Positions 18,702 to 30,406 are shown, counted from the first letter of the stretch. The stretch: 64,000 bases of DNA from Paramoeba atlantica (GCA_977017575.1 CDRNVI010000033.1:1-64000); one strand, 5' to 3'. Made by a program: numbers and translations. Notes: generated by a model from the sequence alone, not told the origin.

Positions 18702-21353
18702 ATGGCAGCTTTGCCCCATCAATGTCTCTACACCACGGGACGGATTCTTGTCTGCGAAGAGAGCCAAGTTGTGGCGTACACCGTTCCTACGTTTACCAAG
18801 GCCCGTACTCAATCTCCCCAAAATCGGTCACATCCAGACACTCCTGTTGCCTATACTGTGCAGCCAACGCCAATGTTCACTCAATCGAATCAGGAGAATA
18901 AGACAAAAAGCTCTTCCCTGTGTGGAGATGCCCCCGTCGCCGTATGGGGGTTGTCTACCCTACGAAGAGCTCCCAGAGTATACAATACAACTTCTGCAAT
19001 TTCCAAGAAAAATGATAGAGAAACCGAAGAGAACCACATTGTGGGCGCACGCGTAATTTGGGTAAATGGTATTTACATGGATATTGATATCGTAACCGGC
19101 AGTGTGGAGCACATGGGACAGATTCCGTTTTACAAAGATAAGGCCGAGCGTAGTGTTGTGTCAGCACATCCGTATGGCGAACATGGAGTGCTATTGATTA
19201 CAGTAGCTGAAAATACGCCTGAACAAGTCGAGGCCACAGTATGGGATCTATCACGAGCTCCTCCAGCGGAATTGTTTCGATGGGAAACGTGTCCGTCGAC
19301 CGTCGTTGCCGCGTGTGCATCGGAAGAAATTCCATCTACAAAGCACGTAGCAGAAATTGGGTCCTGTGCCCCAACTCGGGCGCTAGTGGCCCTTACGCAT
19401 GACCGACGCGATGTGGTGTGGTATGCCCCTGCTGGGTATAAAACCATAAAATTAGCCACAGAGCTTAAAATTACGCTTTCGCTCCCTTTAAAGTGTGTCG
19501 TCCAGTCGCTGTACTGTCACCCACGCATTTCCTCTCTCGTAGCGCTTAGTGTAAGTGATGGCACCCTGGCAATGCTGCGCGGTATGGAAAGCACTGGGAC
19601 AAGTCTCCAGGAAGGGTCTGTTTTTATGAAGCGCTGGCACTCGAACGCATTCGCTGCCGCCTCGTGGGGTAACGGCGGGAGTCTAGGCAGTGATAATACT
19701 TTTTTTACCGGAGGACGAGAAGGGGTGTTGTGTACATGGTCGACCGTCACGTTTAAAGTATCCACCCTACCTCATTTCTCGGGAACGATTGTCCATATTT
19801 TGCCAAACTGTGCGAATCCGAGTGAGTTGGCCATTTTGCTGAACACACATCGTGTTATCATTACCGACACGGGGAGTAATAAAATGCTAATGGAACTCAA
19901 TGGAGTGTGGATTCGGCGTTTCGGAACACGTGTAACACAGCTGCGCACGTTACGTTTTCTGTCCAAACCCTGCGTTGCTTGCTTCGGCGAAACAAATGAC
20001 GAAGTGCGTCTGTTCGATGAGACCTCTGGGAAGGTGGTGTGGAGTATTGCCCCCACAAATCAAAAATCAGCTTCCTGCCGCGACCCTGCGGAGGATACGC
20101 AGTGTACTCAAGTTGTAGCAATCTGCTCTTTGCAGTATTGCGGTACAGATCACTTGGTAATACTCGAGAAAAACAATATACAACTGCTCGCCGGACAAGT
20201 AATGCGCATTCTTCGATTTTTTCATTATGACGCGCATGTTCGTAATCTTACCTGTAACACCGTTGTGCATGAACCACATTCTCAAGCCAGAGTCCGTGAT
20301 ACTAGCACTGACGGATCACAAGACACCAGAAACGAAATTATTATGTGTCCTCATCCGATCGATGGAGTGTTGCTTACGGCTAGTTCTCAGGAATCGAAAC
20401 TTTGGAAAATGGAAGTGAGAGTCGATGCATATGACGCGGCCGATGTAAACGATGGGGCCAGCATCCAATGGGAATGTATTGGAGTTCGGTTCCTGGGGAC
20501 CATAACAGCGGCATTTACGAAGGACGGCTCCGTACTCGGCTGTTGCCACTACCCCGGAACATCCTACGTATTGTATGACACACAATCTCTCCGACGTGGC
20601 GAGCAGTGGGCTGTTCTGAAAGAAATTAATATGCCAGAAACATCCTCTGCGAGCTCCTGGTTGCGAGATGCATTCTTCAGTCGTGATAGTCAGCTTCTTG
20701 TAGCACATGATATGCACCAATTCTACGCATGCAATATTTTGAGTCACGCCAAAGAATTCTCGGCGACCGGATCCTTCGAATCACGTATTAGAAAGTGCTT
20801 TGCAGTTGGTATCGAAGGTGTTTTCGCCTTGTGGACCGACAAGGATATTTCATTGGTCAGATTGGTCTCAGAAAAGACTTCAGATGAATCTCCGTTGGTT
20901 GTGCGAAGTGATATAGTATGCCAGGAAAACTTGTCTTTCAGTGAACATATTCTTGATGCAGCCAGCATTCGAGTCCAATCCCCCTCAATTGCGTCATTTT
21001 TATTTCTACGCAAACCGACAAGTATCAGAGTTGCGCATGAAAATCCTATATTAGACATTGTGCTTTGGGAGAAGCCCATAGGTGGCGAAATAGAAATAAA
21101 AAACGGACAGGTAAATGCTTTTCGACGCGCACAGACAACCGATTTTCCTGCCATCGATGACTTAGATAACAAAAGCAAGGGAAGCAAGAACGTAATATTT
21201 CGTGTTCATCATACAGATCTTCAAAAAAGTGACCCGGAATATTCGTCAAATAGAGAGAAACCCGTTCAAAGTTCACTCTCGGAACTATTCAATGCGCCAC
21301 CCTATGAAATGCCCCCAATATCTACTATTCTTTACAACTATTTGATGAAATAG
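18702..21353 (+). CDS. WDR75: WD40 protein, WDR75/UTP17 (NAN1)-like SSU processome component
   Basis: WHSNAF...FFTGGREGVLCTW...LPHFSGTI matches WDR75 WH...LLSGGRESVLVEW...LPRLGATI. The C-terminal LSELFNAPPYEMPP matches the WDR75 tail. Confidence 0.78.
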   Translation: MAALPHQCLYTTGRILVCEESQVVAYTVPTFTKARTQSPQNRSHPDTPVAYTVQPTPMFTQSNQENKTKSSSLCGDAPVAVWGLSTLRRAPRVYNTTSAISKKNDRETEENHIVGARVIWVNGIYMDIDIVTGSVEHMGQIPFYKDKAERSVVSAHPYGEHGVLLITVAENTPEQVEATVWDLSRAPPAELFRWETCPSTVVAACASEEIPSTKHVAEIGSCAPTRALVALTHDRRDVVWYAPAGYKTIKLATELKITLSLPLKCVVQSLYCHPRISSLVALSVSDGTLAMLRGMESTGTSLQEGSVFMKRWHSNAFAAASWGNGGSLGSDNTFFTGGREGVLCTWSTVTFKVSTLPHFSGTIVHILPNCANPSELAILLNTHRVIITDTGSNKMLMELNGVWIRRFGTRVTQLRTLRFLSKPCVACFGETNDEVRLFDETSGKVVWSIAPTNQKSASCRDPAEDTQCTQVVAICSLQYCGTDHLVILEKNNIQLLAGQVMRILRFFHYDAHVRNLTCNTVVHEPHSQARVRDTSTDGSQDTRNEIIMCPHPIDGVLLTASSQESKLWKMEVRVDAYDAADVNDGASIQWECIGVRFLGTITAAFTKDGSVLGCCHYPGTSYVLYDTQSLRRGEQWAVLKEINMPETSSASSWLRDAFFSRDSQLLVAHDMHQFYACNILSHAKEFSATGSFESRIRKCFAVGIEGVFALWTDKDISLVRLVSEKTSDESPLVVRSDIVCQENLSFSEHILDAASIRVQSPSIASFLFLRKPTSIRVAHENPILDIVLWEKPIGGEIEIKNGQVNAFRRAQTTDFPAIDDLDNKSKGSKNVIFRVHHTDLQKSDPEYSSNREKPVQSSLSELFNAPPYEMPPISTILYNYLMK

Positions 21354-21558
21354 GAATTCCATCGGAACTTATTATCGTGACGCTACTGTACTTCAAGTCC
21401 TTTACCATTTTATCTATGCACAGGAAATTATGCTTTACTGGAACTACGTAACACTGAACCATGTGGTGGACGAAAAATCCTTTTTGTAACTTTGACGACA
21501 GAAAGTTTTAATAAGAAATACATTTCATAGTAATTCTTTTTATCTATACTTCTACAAC

Positions 21559-21996
21559 ATGGCCCCAGGGAAGAGGGAACGAGGAGGGAAGGGGAAAAAA
21601 GCTCAGGGTGCCTTAGGTCAGCGGACAGCAAAAGGTGGAGCATTTCTTCCTGGCGATCGCAAACGAAAGCGTAGAGGTAAAAAATTCGAGAAGTGGAGTG
21701 CCTACATCCATAAAGTACTCAAAGAAGTTCATCCCAATTTAGGTATCAGCACGCGTGGCATGAAAATCATGAACTCCTTTTCAGAAGATATGTTCGACCG
21801 TATTCATAACGAGGCGATCGCACTATCAAAACTCAATAGAGCGAGAACACTCTCCGCTAGAGAGTTACAAACAGCATCCCGCTTGCTGCTTCCCGGAGAG
21901 CTTGCCAAACACGCCATGAGTGAGGGCACGAAAGCCGTAGCGAAGTACAGCGCCTCTATTGTTCAAGAGCGTACAGAAGCCCGCGATGAAGAATAA
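21559..21996 (+). CDS. H2BV: Histone H2B variant H2B.V (kinetoplastid)
   Basis: Histone fold with [34 protein letters not shown]. The long basic N-tail and [14 protein letters not shown] resemble T. brucei H2B.V (RRGKKQQRWDLYIH). Confidence 0.85.
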   Translation: MAPGKRERGGKGKKAQGALGQRTAKGGAFLPGDRKRKRRGKKFEKWSAYIHKVLKEVHPNLGISTRGMKIMNSFSEDMFDRIHNEAIALSKLNRARTLSARELQTASRLLLPGELAKHAMSEGTKAVAKYSASIVQERTEARDEE

Positions 21997-22386
21997 CCAC
22001 AACTGGTAATCACGTCAGTTATTTAGCAAACGCATTTTAGTACAATGTGACGTAGTGTATAGAGGACATTTTATTCATATTTATGAGAACAGAAGAAGCA
22101 TACACTAGAGCTTTCGCTTTAGTTGCACCTACAGCTCTCTATTTTTCATGCGTAGTTGGAGTTCTTTTTTATTTAGGACGTACAAAATTTCATGGAGCTG
22201 CAGATAAATCAGTACGACGCTAACATTAACTCAAACTTTTAATACAACGAATGCGAAAATGTGTGAAAATAATATTGCATTCTGACATTCATTTAAAGTT
22301 TTGAGTGTACTTGCGAAAAGTTCACGGGAATTCATTTTCTTTTTAATTTTTTTCATTTCCTATTCAACTTTTCCTACCTTGTTTTT

Positions 22387-24789
22387 ATGAGCGACGGCAA
22401 CGCAAGTCGATCTCTTACCCCAACGCACAACGAGGAGCTTGAGCAAGAGTGCCACCATAAAAATATCGAGTCGGGTACCGCGCAAGTCAATTTTGAAATC
22501 GTAGCCCCTGAAACGACTCCCTCACACAACGAGTCTTCGTCGCAACGACCAAGTCCCGCTCCCTCCTCCACCGCTTCTGCCGTATCCTGCACCCCACCAA
22601 CCACGCACCCTCACGAGTACTCTCCCTTTTCGACCCCTTTCTCAGAGTCTTCTCACCCTCGCGAACCTTCTGCCCCTTCCGAACCTGATCATTTCACCCC
22701 TTCCCAGGACCCACTCCCTTCTCTCGATATGACTACAGAAAACGAATATTCTCCACTATCTGCGCATTCGGAAAAGGAAGAAGACGGGCACAACATCTCC
22801 GATAACCTCACAACCTCATCTAAGACGCAAAGTACCAGTCCTACTCGAACACCCCCCAAACGAGAAGATCACAACATCCCTGATAAAATTCCAACCCCAT
22901 CTCAAACCCAAAGTACCCGTCCTGATCCAACAGCCCCCAAAGAAGACGAAGAAGCCGAAGCCGAAGAAGAGGAGCACAATATCCCAACCCCATCTCACAC
23001 CCCAAGTACCCGTCCTGATCCAACAGCCCCCAAAGAAGAAGACGAAGAAGCGGACGAAAAAGACGAAGACCACCCGATCCCCACCCGATCTTCTCAAGCC
23101 CGAAGTGCGAGTCCGGATCCAACGGCCCCTGCTGTCTCGGAGAGCTCGGTGGGGGCAAGGGTGTCGAGGGAGAGGGAGGCCGCGGAGGGACGGGTGAGAT
23201 CTCCCAGCCCGGTGGAGGTCTCGGAGGGGGTGGGCGTGGATGAGGGCGATGTCGTTGCGCAGAAGGAAGGGGAAGAGGCGGACGAAGGTTGCCGTGTAAA
23301 GGGATCGGGTTCCGCCGGGGTGGATGATGCGCGTCCTGGTGAGGATGTGGACGGGAGGGAGGAGAATGGCGCTACCGATGGCTTAAATATGGAAATGGGT
23401 CCAGTATCCCCTTCCCAAAGTGTCACCTCCGATCTTGAGGAATCACCTGTTAGTTCAGCATCATCTCGGGTTTCAGACAGCACTGCGCAAGATGATTTTC
23501 TAAACAAACTGCGTGAAAAACTTTTTGAAAAGAAAACCAGTGTTGAGGAGAAGCAGGACATGGTGAAAATGCTGGACTCTGAAATCAGAGAATCCAACTC
23601 ATTAGATGAGTTAAAGTGCACGCTCAATGAGCTGGTCAACAAGCGCATAGAATTGGAGGAAACCTGTAATATTATCCAGAAAGAATGTGAGGTCCTGAGT
23701 CCGCGCTTTAATGAATGTGAAGAGAACGAGTCTGATAGAGTCAAGGAAGTTACTCTTCTAACACAGCTTGATCAATTAGAAACAGCGCAAGTTACAGCAC
23801 TAAAGAAGATAGCTGAAACAGAAAGTGATCTTCGAAGTATAGGGGAGTTGCTAAAGACGAGTACAACTCAGTACAAGTCATTAATAGACACACTTGAAAA
23901 AAATGTTCACTCTACAAAGGCCTCTATTGAGGAGAAAATTGAAAAGGACTTGGATGCAGGTGAATGCGCGAACAGCGAAGAACTTCTTGAATCGTTTCGT
24001 GATCTAGTTACACAGTGTAGTAAGCAATTATTTATAGCGCAACAACAGAATGATGATGCCACCAGGGTATTAGAAATACAAGAGAATCTCAAGGAAACGA
24101 CTGATCTCGAGAATACGCAGCATTTAAAGCTCCTGAAACAAAAGAAGGACGAATATCTTTACCATATAGCGTCAAGGATTCTGACAGAACGGGAGTCACT
24201 TTTGCAGGAAATTTGTGATCTTAGAAATATCAATCGCGAGCAAGCATACAATTTGAGGCGAGGGCAGGTCGAAAAACCGAAAGCATTCGGAGGTCCTCAC
24301 GGTGCTCCGAATCTCGGGCCTCCCAAAGTTCGTCCAAATATTGCTGACTTATCTCTTCGTGGCGTACTGCCTCTTACAAGTGCTTCTGTGAGTCCATCGA
24401 AGTTACGCCACACAGAATTCAAAGAGCTTCCTCTTCCAACCGAGGGCGAAATCGCGGTTCATGAAGCAAACTGCATACAGGAAGAACGCCGCAACCAGTT
24501 GATGAATACCTTAGCCGAAATTGCGACGGCAAAGACCAAACAGGAGGCAGAAATAAGGGACGTGCTTGAGTCTCGACGAAAGCTCAATGAGGCGCAACGC
24601 CATTCAATGCAGGAGCTGGAGACTGTTCAACTTGAGACCCGACAACGAGCTACGCATTTGGAGGACACCAACATGCGTTTGGATGAGCAATGCGACACAT
24701 TGGCGTTACACCTTGAAGAGATTTGTCGCATAAATAAGCGCTCCAACGAAACTACACTTAACGCACAGGCCTTGCCGTTATCTAGGTAA
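22387..24789 (+). CDS. Hypothetical protein with a disordered repeat N-terminus and a long coiled coil
   Basis: 800-aa ORF with a Pro/Ser/Glu-rich N-half and a heptad-rich C-half. No recognisable family. Confidence 0.7.
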   Translation: MSDGNASRSLTPTHNEELEQECHHKNIESGTAQVNFEIVAPETTPSHNESSSQRPSPAPSSTASAVSCTPPTTHPHEYSPFSTPFSESSHPREPSAPSEPDHFTPSQDPLPSLDMTTENEYSPLSAHSEKEEDGHNISDNLTTSSKTQSTSPTRTPPKREDHNIPDKIPTPSQTQSTRPDPTAPKEDEEAEAEEEEHNIPTPSHTPSTRPDPTAPKEEDEEADEKDEDHPIPTRSSQARSASPDPTAPAVSESSVGARVSREREAAEGRVRSPSPVEVSEGVGVDEGDVVAQKEGEEADEGCRVKGSGSAGVDDARPGEDVDGREENGATDGLNMEMGPVSPSQSVTSDLEESPVSSASSRVSDSTAQDDFLNKLREKLFEKKTSVEEKQDMVKMLDSEIRESNSLDELKCTLNELVNKRIELEETCNIIQKECEVLSPRFNECEENESDRVKEVTLLTQLDQLETAQVTALKKIAETESDLRSIGELLKTSTTQYKSLIDTLEKNVHSTKASIEEKIEKDLDAGECANSEELLESFRDLVTQCSKQLFIAQQQNDDATRVLEIQENLKETTDLENTQHLKLLKQKKDEYLYHIASRILTERESLLQEICDLRNINREQAYNLRRGQVEKPKAFGGPHGAPNLGPPKVRPNIADLSLRGVLPLTSASVSPSKLRHTEFKELPLPTEGEIAVHEANCIQEERRNQLMNTLAEIATAKTKQEAEIRDVLESRRKLNEAQRHSMQELETVQLETRQRATHLEDTNMRLDEQCDTLALHLEEICRINKRSNETTLNAQALPLSR
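22789..23130 (+). repeat. Four degenerate coding tandem repeats (HNIP..TPSQTQSTRPDPTAPKEDEE)
   Basis: The block agtacccgtcctgatccaacagcccccaaagaaga occurs twice, with two more diverged units. Confidence 0.8.
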
Positions 24790-25293
24790 GAACCTCTTAA
24801 AAATATCTCAAAGCTAGTTTTATATTGGATGAAATCGTACGATTTCTTTAGTTTGTTTATCAAGATGATTATTTCTTTTTACCAATAGGCATCTTTCGTC
24901 TCCATACGAATATTGCGAGTAGTATCGTTATAGGCCCATTAAAGAAAACAAGAACACCCTTAAATATTTGTATCCCTATGTGGCAGAAGTGCAGTGTATT
25001 GATTTATGTGAAGGTATTTAAAATGAATGTGATGGTACCTAAATATGAGTTTTTGTGTGTACATGATCTTTTTACGTACGTGTATGTCTGCGCAGCAAAT
25101 GTTATACGCAGCAGGCGTTTAGAATCAGTACATCACCCATTGCGTTGTAAATATACTGTCCAACTCGAATTGATGTGAAAGTTCACGTTAGACAAAAGGT
25201 TGGGCGTACACTCATGTACATGTATATGTCTAAGCAGGATAATTATTTATGTAGAGATTTCTTTTGCTTACAGTACTTGCGTTAGACGTATTC

Positions 25294-26301
25294 ATGACTA
25301 CTGTGAGCCACTTTTCGTCTGAAAAGGTTCGATACGACCGCCAAACACGGCTATGGGGCGAAGAGGTGCAAATGTCGCTCCGGAACGCCTCGGTATACGT
25401 CGATGAACTCTCCGCACTGACTTCTGAGTTAACAAAGAATATAATTCTTGCTGGAGTTGGTCGTATCATTATTGGTCGCATATTACACTCCAGTTATCCG
25501 ACTCACATATTTGACGTATTGCGCGGAAGCTCCGTTGCAAGTCGCGTTCAATCTCTCAATCCATTTTCAAAGATCCTTCTTATGTCCGATCTTGCACATG
25601 GGAAAGAAAATTTTGTACCGGAAATTTGCGAAAAGTGCTCTATTTTTGTGTACCAAGATGTAGAACGCCTTTATCAGGCTGTTGATTTAGGTCAGAGTAC
25701 AACGAACGCTTCACAAGACTCTAGCTTGGACAAGAGCGACCCGTATCTTATTTTCTTGGAGGCCTATGGTGGCTTATCTAGGATGCGATGTGTATCGTGG
25801 TCTCAATCATCAAAGCTAGCCCCTTCTATCACCCCCGTAGTAGATCATTTGCATGGGCTTGAATTTGATTTCTACAATGTTTCGCACATTGTTCGAGATA
25901 TGACTCATGACAAGGCCGGTGTTCAATCACTACCAAGTGTTGGGTCGATACTAATCGAATACATGCGCCATATGAACTCACGTGAAAAGGGGGAAACATC
26001 CTACTCGTTGAACCATGATGAAGAAGCCCGACTAGTCTATCTCGCGTCATGCGTGCGAAATTCTCTTGGTACTGCAGCCCCACAGATTAACCCTATATGC
26101 GCCTCCGTTCTTAGGGGTTTTGTTGCTCAGGAATGCATCAAACGAATTAGCGAACGTACCGGAAAAAGGAGCGCCACACAAACTACAGATAACAAAGAAC
26201 AAGTTAAGCAGTCTACACGAGTAGGCGGCAATCTACATACTGCATACAGCACTCTCATTATAGATGCAATTGATAGGTGTGAGGCGTTAGCTATCTTGTA
26301 A
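25294..26301 (+). CDS. SAE1: SUMO-activating enzyme subunit 1 (SAE1/AOS1)-like, ThiF family
   Basis: RYDRQTRLWG, ELTKNIILAGVG and C-terminal PICASVLRGFVAQECIKRIS. The length suits the small E1 subunit. Confidence 0.7.
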   Translation: MTTVSHFSSEKVRYDRQTRLWGEEVQMSLRNASVYVDELSALTSELTKNIILAGVGRIIIGRILHSSYPTHIFDVLRGSSVASRVQSLNPFSKILLMSDLAHGKENFVPEICEKCSIFVYQDVERLYQAVDLGQSTTNASQDSSLDKSDPYLIFLEAYGGLSRMRCVSWSQSSKLAPSITPVVDHLHGLEFDFYNVSHIVRDMTHDKAGVQSLPSVGSILIEYMRHMNSREKGETSYSLNHDEEARLVYLASCVRNSLGTAAPQINPICASVLRGFVAQECIKRISERTGKRSATQTTDNKEQVKQSTRVGGNLHTAYSTLIIDAIDRCEALAIL

Positions 26302-26600
26302 ATAATTGCTTTGAAAGGGGTTCTACGTACATTTGTATGTACACTGGTATGTGCACAAACGATTGGAAGATAGGTAGTTAGTGAGAAATCATCACGAGTG
26401 ATTACCCTTGCACAATATCTAATACGTTCCATATGCAATGTACTTACAACGTGTATAACGCGGTATGCATGTATAGAACATGCATGTATTTTTAGAATAG
26501 TACACGAGAACAATTACAGTCCTTGTAGATACTGTCGTACACTTTGAAGTGTGTTAAAAAATATTTGAAGTGTTTTTTTATCAATCTTTTACACAATAAA

Positions 26601-27362
26601 ATGGACTCCGTAGAACATAAGCCACGTCCTGCTAAAGTCCGCGGTGCCAATCTACCGCAAGAGATGGATCTTGAACGGCTTATTGGTGGTTTGCACACGC
26701 GTCATGAGACTTGGAATTCAGATGTGTCCGCGTGTGAATGGAAAGGAGTAGAATGCGATGCTGATGAAAAAGTTATGGAAATACATTGGAACGGCTGGGA
26801 GCTGCGTGGATCATTGAAGCTAGTACATCTTCCAAGTTCCGTCACATATTTCGATATCGAAAACAATTCATTATCAGGGAAACTAGATCTTTGTTTTTTC
26901 TCCCCGCTAGAAAAACTTAAAGCGTTTTATCTGGGTATAAATACATTTACTGGAAATCCAGATCTTACCGTTTTGCCGAAACGTATGACTTCCGCATGGA
27001 TGGAAGCAAACAAATTATCCGGTGATTTATGCCTTACGCAATTGCCGATTAATATGAAATACCTCGATGTCAGCAATAATTTGTTAACTGGGACAATAGA
27101 TTTGAGGTTTCTGCCTCCCTCCTTATGCAGCTTATATCTGCAGGAAAATGAATTTATCGGAAATGTGTACTTTTCTTTTCTTCCAAAAGAACTTACAAAC
27201 TTTCAGCTGGAAAATAACAGACTCTTGGAAGGCACCATAGTAGAGAGTAAACTTCCTCCAAAGCTGAGAGCGAAAAATCAAGCGATCCATATATTGAACA
27301 CTAAGATTATTAATTCTTCAGAACAGACTATAAATCTCTTTCATGAAAATGGTACCCCCTAG
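26601..27362 (+). CDS. Leucine-rich repeat protein with a Cys cap (plant-type LRR consensus)
   Basis: Cap WNSDVSACEWKGVEC, then ~24-aa repeats LPxxLxxLxLxxNxLxGxxDL. No obvious signal peptide or TM. Confidence 0.85.
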   Translation: MDSVEHKPRPAKVRGANLPQEMDLERLIGGLHTRHETWNSDVSACEWKGVECDADEKVMEIHWNGWELRGSLKLVHLPSSVTYFDIENNSLSGKLDLCFFSPLEKLKAFYLGINTFTGNPDLTVLPKRMTSAWMEANKLSGDLCLTQLPINMKYLDVSNNLLTGTIDLRFLPPSLCSLYLQENEFIGNVYFSFLPKELTNFQLENNRLLEGTIVESKLPPKLRAKNQAIHILNTKIINSSEQTINLFHENGTP

Positions 27363-27700
27363 CTTTTGGTACAAAGTGACATGGATAGGATCATTTTATC
27401 GTGTATAATTTCGAGATCTGCATGCTGTTGCAGTTTTTAAGCGCTTTCAAAAAAGTGAAATACAGAAAACCTTCTTAATGGGTCAAAAAAGAATGTTTTA
27501 AAAGCGAAATTCTAAATCTGAAAACACCTTTTTTTGGTTACCTCACTGGGTTCAATTTCAATTCAACGTACAATTCAAGGTCTTCCGAAAATTATTTTTA
27601 TTGGCCACAATTATTCTTATTGGCCATTATTATTGGCTACAAAACAGTTTCTCTGCAAATCGTGAATTAGAAAGTCTGTATTTGTTAGTAACAGTTCCGT

Positions 27701-28525
27701 ATGCTAGCCAAAAGACTTGGAGAACTGTATACCAAATACGTCACAAATCGTAAAACTACCTCATCACAACGCCGCCAAGAGGCCTTGGAACAGACTATCC
27801 TAAAGAATAGGAAAGAAACTCTGCGTTTCCGGGATGTAGGGCTGGAGCAGGACGTCGTAAGGCTCGACCGCGATTTTCTTATGGCGCTACGCCTTCTGCG
27901 CTATGGGACCGACTACACACTGGATATTGCTCTAGAGCGACGACTCAACTACCGCCAAGTGCACGCGCTGAGCGAGCTCACACGAAACCATGGAAAACTG
28001 CTGGAGGGCACTCCGAGGTTACTCCCCCGAGGCATCCCTATGCCGCTGCTGAACGGGTTGCACCGATTCGGCAGCAAAAGGGCCTACGGTACGGATCCCA
28101 GCGTTTCGTTGTCATTTCGGTCTTTCTCCCGGCCGACGATAATTCACTTGGTACATCCCGCGATGCTGGGGGAGAAGCACGCACTGAAGTGGAAGGAGCT
28201 TGTTCCCTCTGAGGGTGTGGACACCGTAGTGCTTTATAATTTTCACTTGTTTTCTGTGCAAATGATGCAGCGGTTCGTGGTGAAGAGTCTTCGAAATCGG
28301 CTCCCGGCTCCTTGTGAGAATTGTTACTACGGAAAAAAATTAATTCCAGCTTTTATGCCGACATTTGATATTCGTAACTTCTGCTTGAACTATGTCATGC
28401 TGGCGGACCACTACGGTCACGTTCGATGGATGTCCGGAGCTTTCCCGAACGAAAGAGAAAAAAGTCTTCTGCCAGCACTTTGCGCGCAACTAAAAGAAGA
28501 ATTTTTGAAGCGCCCACGAGATTAG
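27701..28525 (+). CDS. Hypothetical protein
   Basis: 274-aa ATG-initiated ORF with coding-like composition. No family recognised. Confidence 0.65.
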   Translation: MLAKRLGELYTKYVTNRKTTSSQRRQEALEQTILKNRKETLRFRDVGLEQDVVRLDRDFLMALRLLRYGTDYTLDIALERRLNYRQVHALSELTRNHGKLLEGTPRLLPRGIPMPLLNGLHRFGSKRAYGTDPSVSLSFRSFSRPTIIHLVHPAMLGEKHALKWKELVPSEGVDTVVLYNFHLFSVQMMQRFVVKSLRNRLPAPCENCYYGKKLIPAFMPTFDIRNFCLNYVMLADHYGHVRWMSGAFPNEREKSLLPALCAQLKEEFLKRPRD

Positions 28526-28833
28526 GTGGCCGTTCTAAAAAATAATGTCCACATGATTGGTATGCGGATTGATATTTTCCGCTGTTTCGGTAAAACTATT
28601 TCCCACAACTTGGTCAAAGATTGTTTTTTCGATGCGTATACTTTTCAAAAGTTACGTGACACTGAAGAGTTGCACCGAGGAGCGAGGAATGCAAGGGTAA
28701 TGACTTTTTGGAGTATACTTGTAGTGTGAAGTAGCCTTTGTTGATGTATTCTTTTGCTATATAAAAAATAAGTTCGGATTGAGCGAATAATGTTCTGACC
28801 AAAAATATTCATGCGATTTAAGTACAGGAAATT

Positions 28834-29838
28834 ATGTACTGTCCCACATGTGTATGCCTCCAGAGAATACCTCTGCGCGGTCCATTGATAGCAGCAAAAG
28901 ACAGCCGACCGTATGAAAATGTGCAGCAACGCATCTCTGCATGCAAAGAAAGTGCCGTTCGACGGGTCAATCCCATTCGAACTCTTGTGTTGGACATGGA
29001 CGAGACATTAATTGGGCAATTCCCGGTCCGTTCGTACAGAACCACTCCCAACGTGTTTTCAGTAATGAGAGGTGCTATGGTGGTTGGTTTCCGTCCGTTT
29101 CTTAGAGAATTTTTAATCTTTGCGCGCTCTAATTTCGAACTTGTGTTATGGACGGCTGGTATGCTTTCCTATGCACGCGAGGTGATACGTCACATGGAGC
29201 GAGAGTTCGGTATGTGCCCATTGTTTGACCACGTTATAGCCAGAGACAGTCGGTGGTATGAGGGACCCTACCACTACAAGAAATCTCTGTATGACCTGGG
29301 GCGTAAAGTGGACACCGATGTTCTTCTTTTCGAGAATTCACCCTATGTTGGCAAGCCCTCAAAAAACGTCGTTCTTGTATCCGACTTCCATGGGTCCCTT
29401 ATCAACACAGGGCTTGAGAAAAACAATGTCAGTTATCCAGCGTGTCCCGAAAGCACTCTGAAATTACGATCGGCGTATAGTGTGACCACTGATTATTGTC
29501 CTCGTAAACAAGATGCTGGTCCGACGTATGACTATCCAGCGAGGATTCCGTGGCACAAGGATTGCACTTTACAACACGGAATCGAACTTTTGCAAAACTG
29601 GAATGCAACATCAATAGAGGAAAATGTTGGGACGTTCTTGCAGAAGCAAGCTGCGAAAGAAAACGCATGCAGTGGACGTGAACGTCTAAATTGTAGTGAG
29701 AAAACACTTTGGGTACCTCAATCTAATTTGAAAGGCCCGCCATTACGTTTGTTGCCTTGCTCTCTCAATCAAGAGCAACAAGGTAGCGGACAAATGCATC
29801 CAAGCACGTCTGGCAAACAAGCACTGTCGAAGTTGTGA
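28834..29838 (+). CDS. NIF/FCP1-SCP family HAD phosphatase (CTD phosphatase-like)
   Basis: TLVLDMDETL (DxDx(T) motif), RPFLREFL, FELVLWTAG..YAREVI and KKSLYDLGR. Confidence 0.85.
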   Translation: MYCPTCVCLQRIPLRGPLIAAKDSRPYENVQQRISACKESAVRRVNPIRTLVLDMDETLIGQFPVRSYRTTPNVFSVMRGAMVVGFRPFLREFLIFARSNFELVLWTAGMLSYAREVIRHMEREFGMCPLFDHVIARDSRWYEGPYHYKKSLYDLGRKVDTDVLLFENSPYVGKPSKNVVLVSDFHGSLINTGLEKNNVSYPACPESTLKLRSAYSVTTDYCPRKQDAGPTYDYPARIPWHKDCTLQHGIELLQNWNATSIEENVGTFLQKQAAKENACSGRERLNCSEKTLWVPQSNLKGPPLRLLPCSLNQEQQGSGQMHPSTSGKQALSKL

Positions 29839-30300
29839 CCATCTCAGAGTCTTATGATATGCTTGCTGTTTCTTTTCTGGCTGCTTCACAAAAACGGAAT
29901 ACTTTTCAGAGTTAATTGCAGTAGTGTCCCACATGACATGTACGATGACATGCACGACATGTGCGACATGACATTTGCGGTTCTCTTGCACATTATTATC
30001 CTATATTTTCGCTCAACATACCATCACCCGATTCCCTCATGCAAACTCCATTTACACCCCCATTTGAGCCATATTGCAGCATAGATTTTGAGAGCAGGAC
30101 TCGTTTGTTCGCAAAAAGAATGCGGGAATCAGAATTTTGCGCTTCATATGTGTTTCACATATTCTTGTAAAGATGCTTTTTTTCGGGAAAAACTAATGCG
30201 ACCGATAAGAAAATTCGCTCTTTTCCCTTGAAACGAAGTTCACTTGAACCTCGAGAGTGCAATTTCAGGGGTATTACATGACTCCCATCTCACTGATGGA

Positions 30301-30406
30301 GGGGAAATAAGTTGTGGAAATATACCATGTAGCTGTGTCAACAAAAGTCGTGTTAATTTCTGGAGTTAACACGACTTTTGTTGACATAACTTAATTTCCC
30401 CCCTGT
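30301..30406. repeat. Perfect 21-bp hairpin inside a degenerate Tc1-type MITE relic
   Basis: tgtcaacaaaagtcgtgttaa (30336-30356), a 9-nt loop, then ttaacacgacttttgttgaca (30366-30386). The outer pair ggggaaataagtt / aacttaatttcccc ends CCCCCCTG|TA. Confidence 0.75.

Noticed and set aside
28526-28729. In-frame ORF straight after the TAG of 27701-28525 (possible readthrough)
   Set aside because: The extension is AT-rich and UTR-like, with no domain signal or readthrough context.
29930-29975. Repeated gacatg words in a 3' UTR
   Set aside because: This is a short simple repeat with no further structure.
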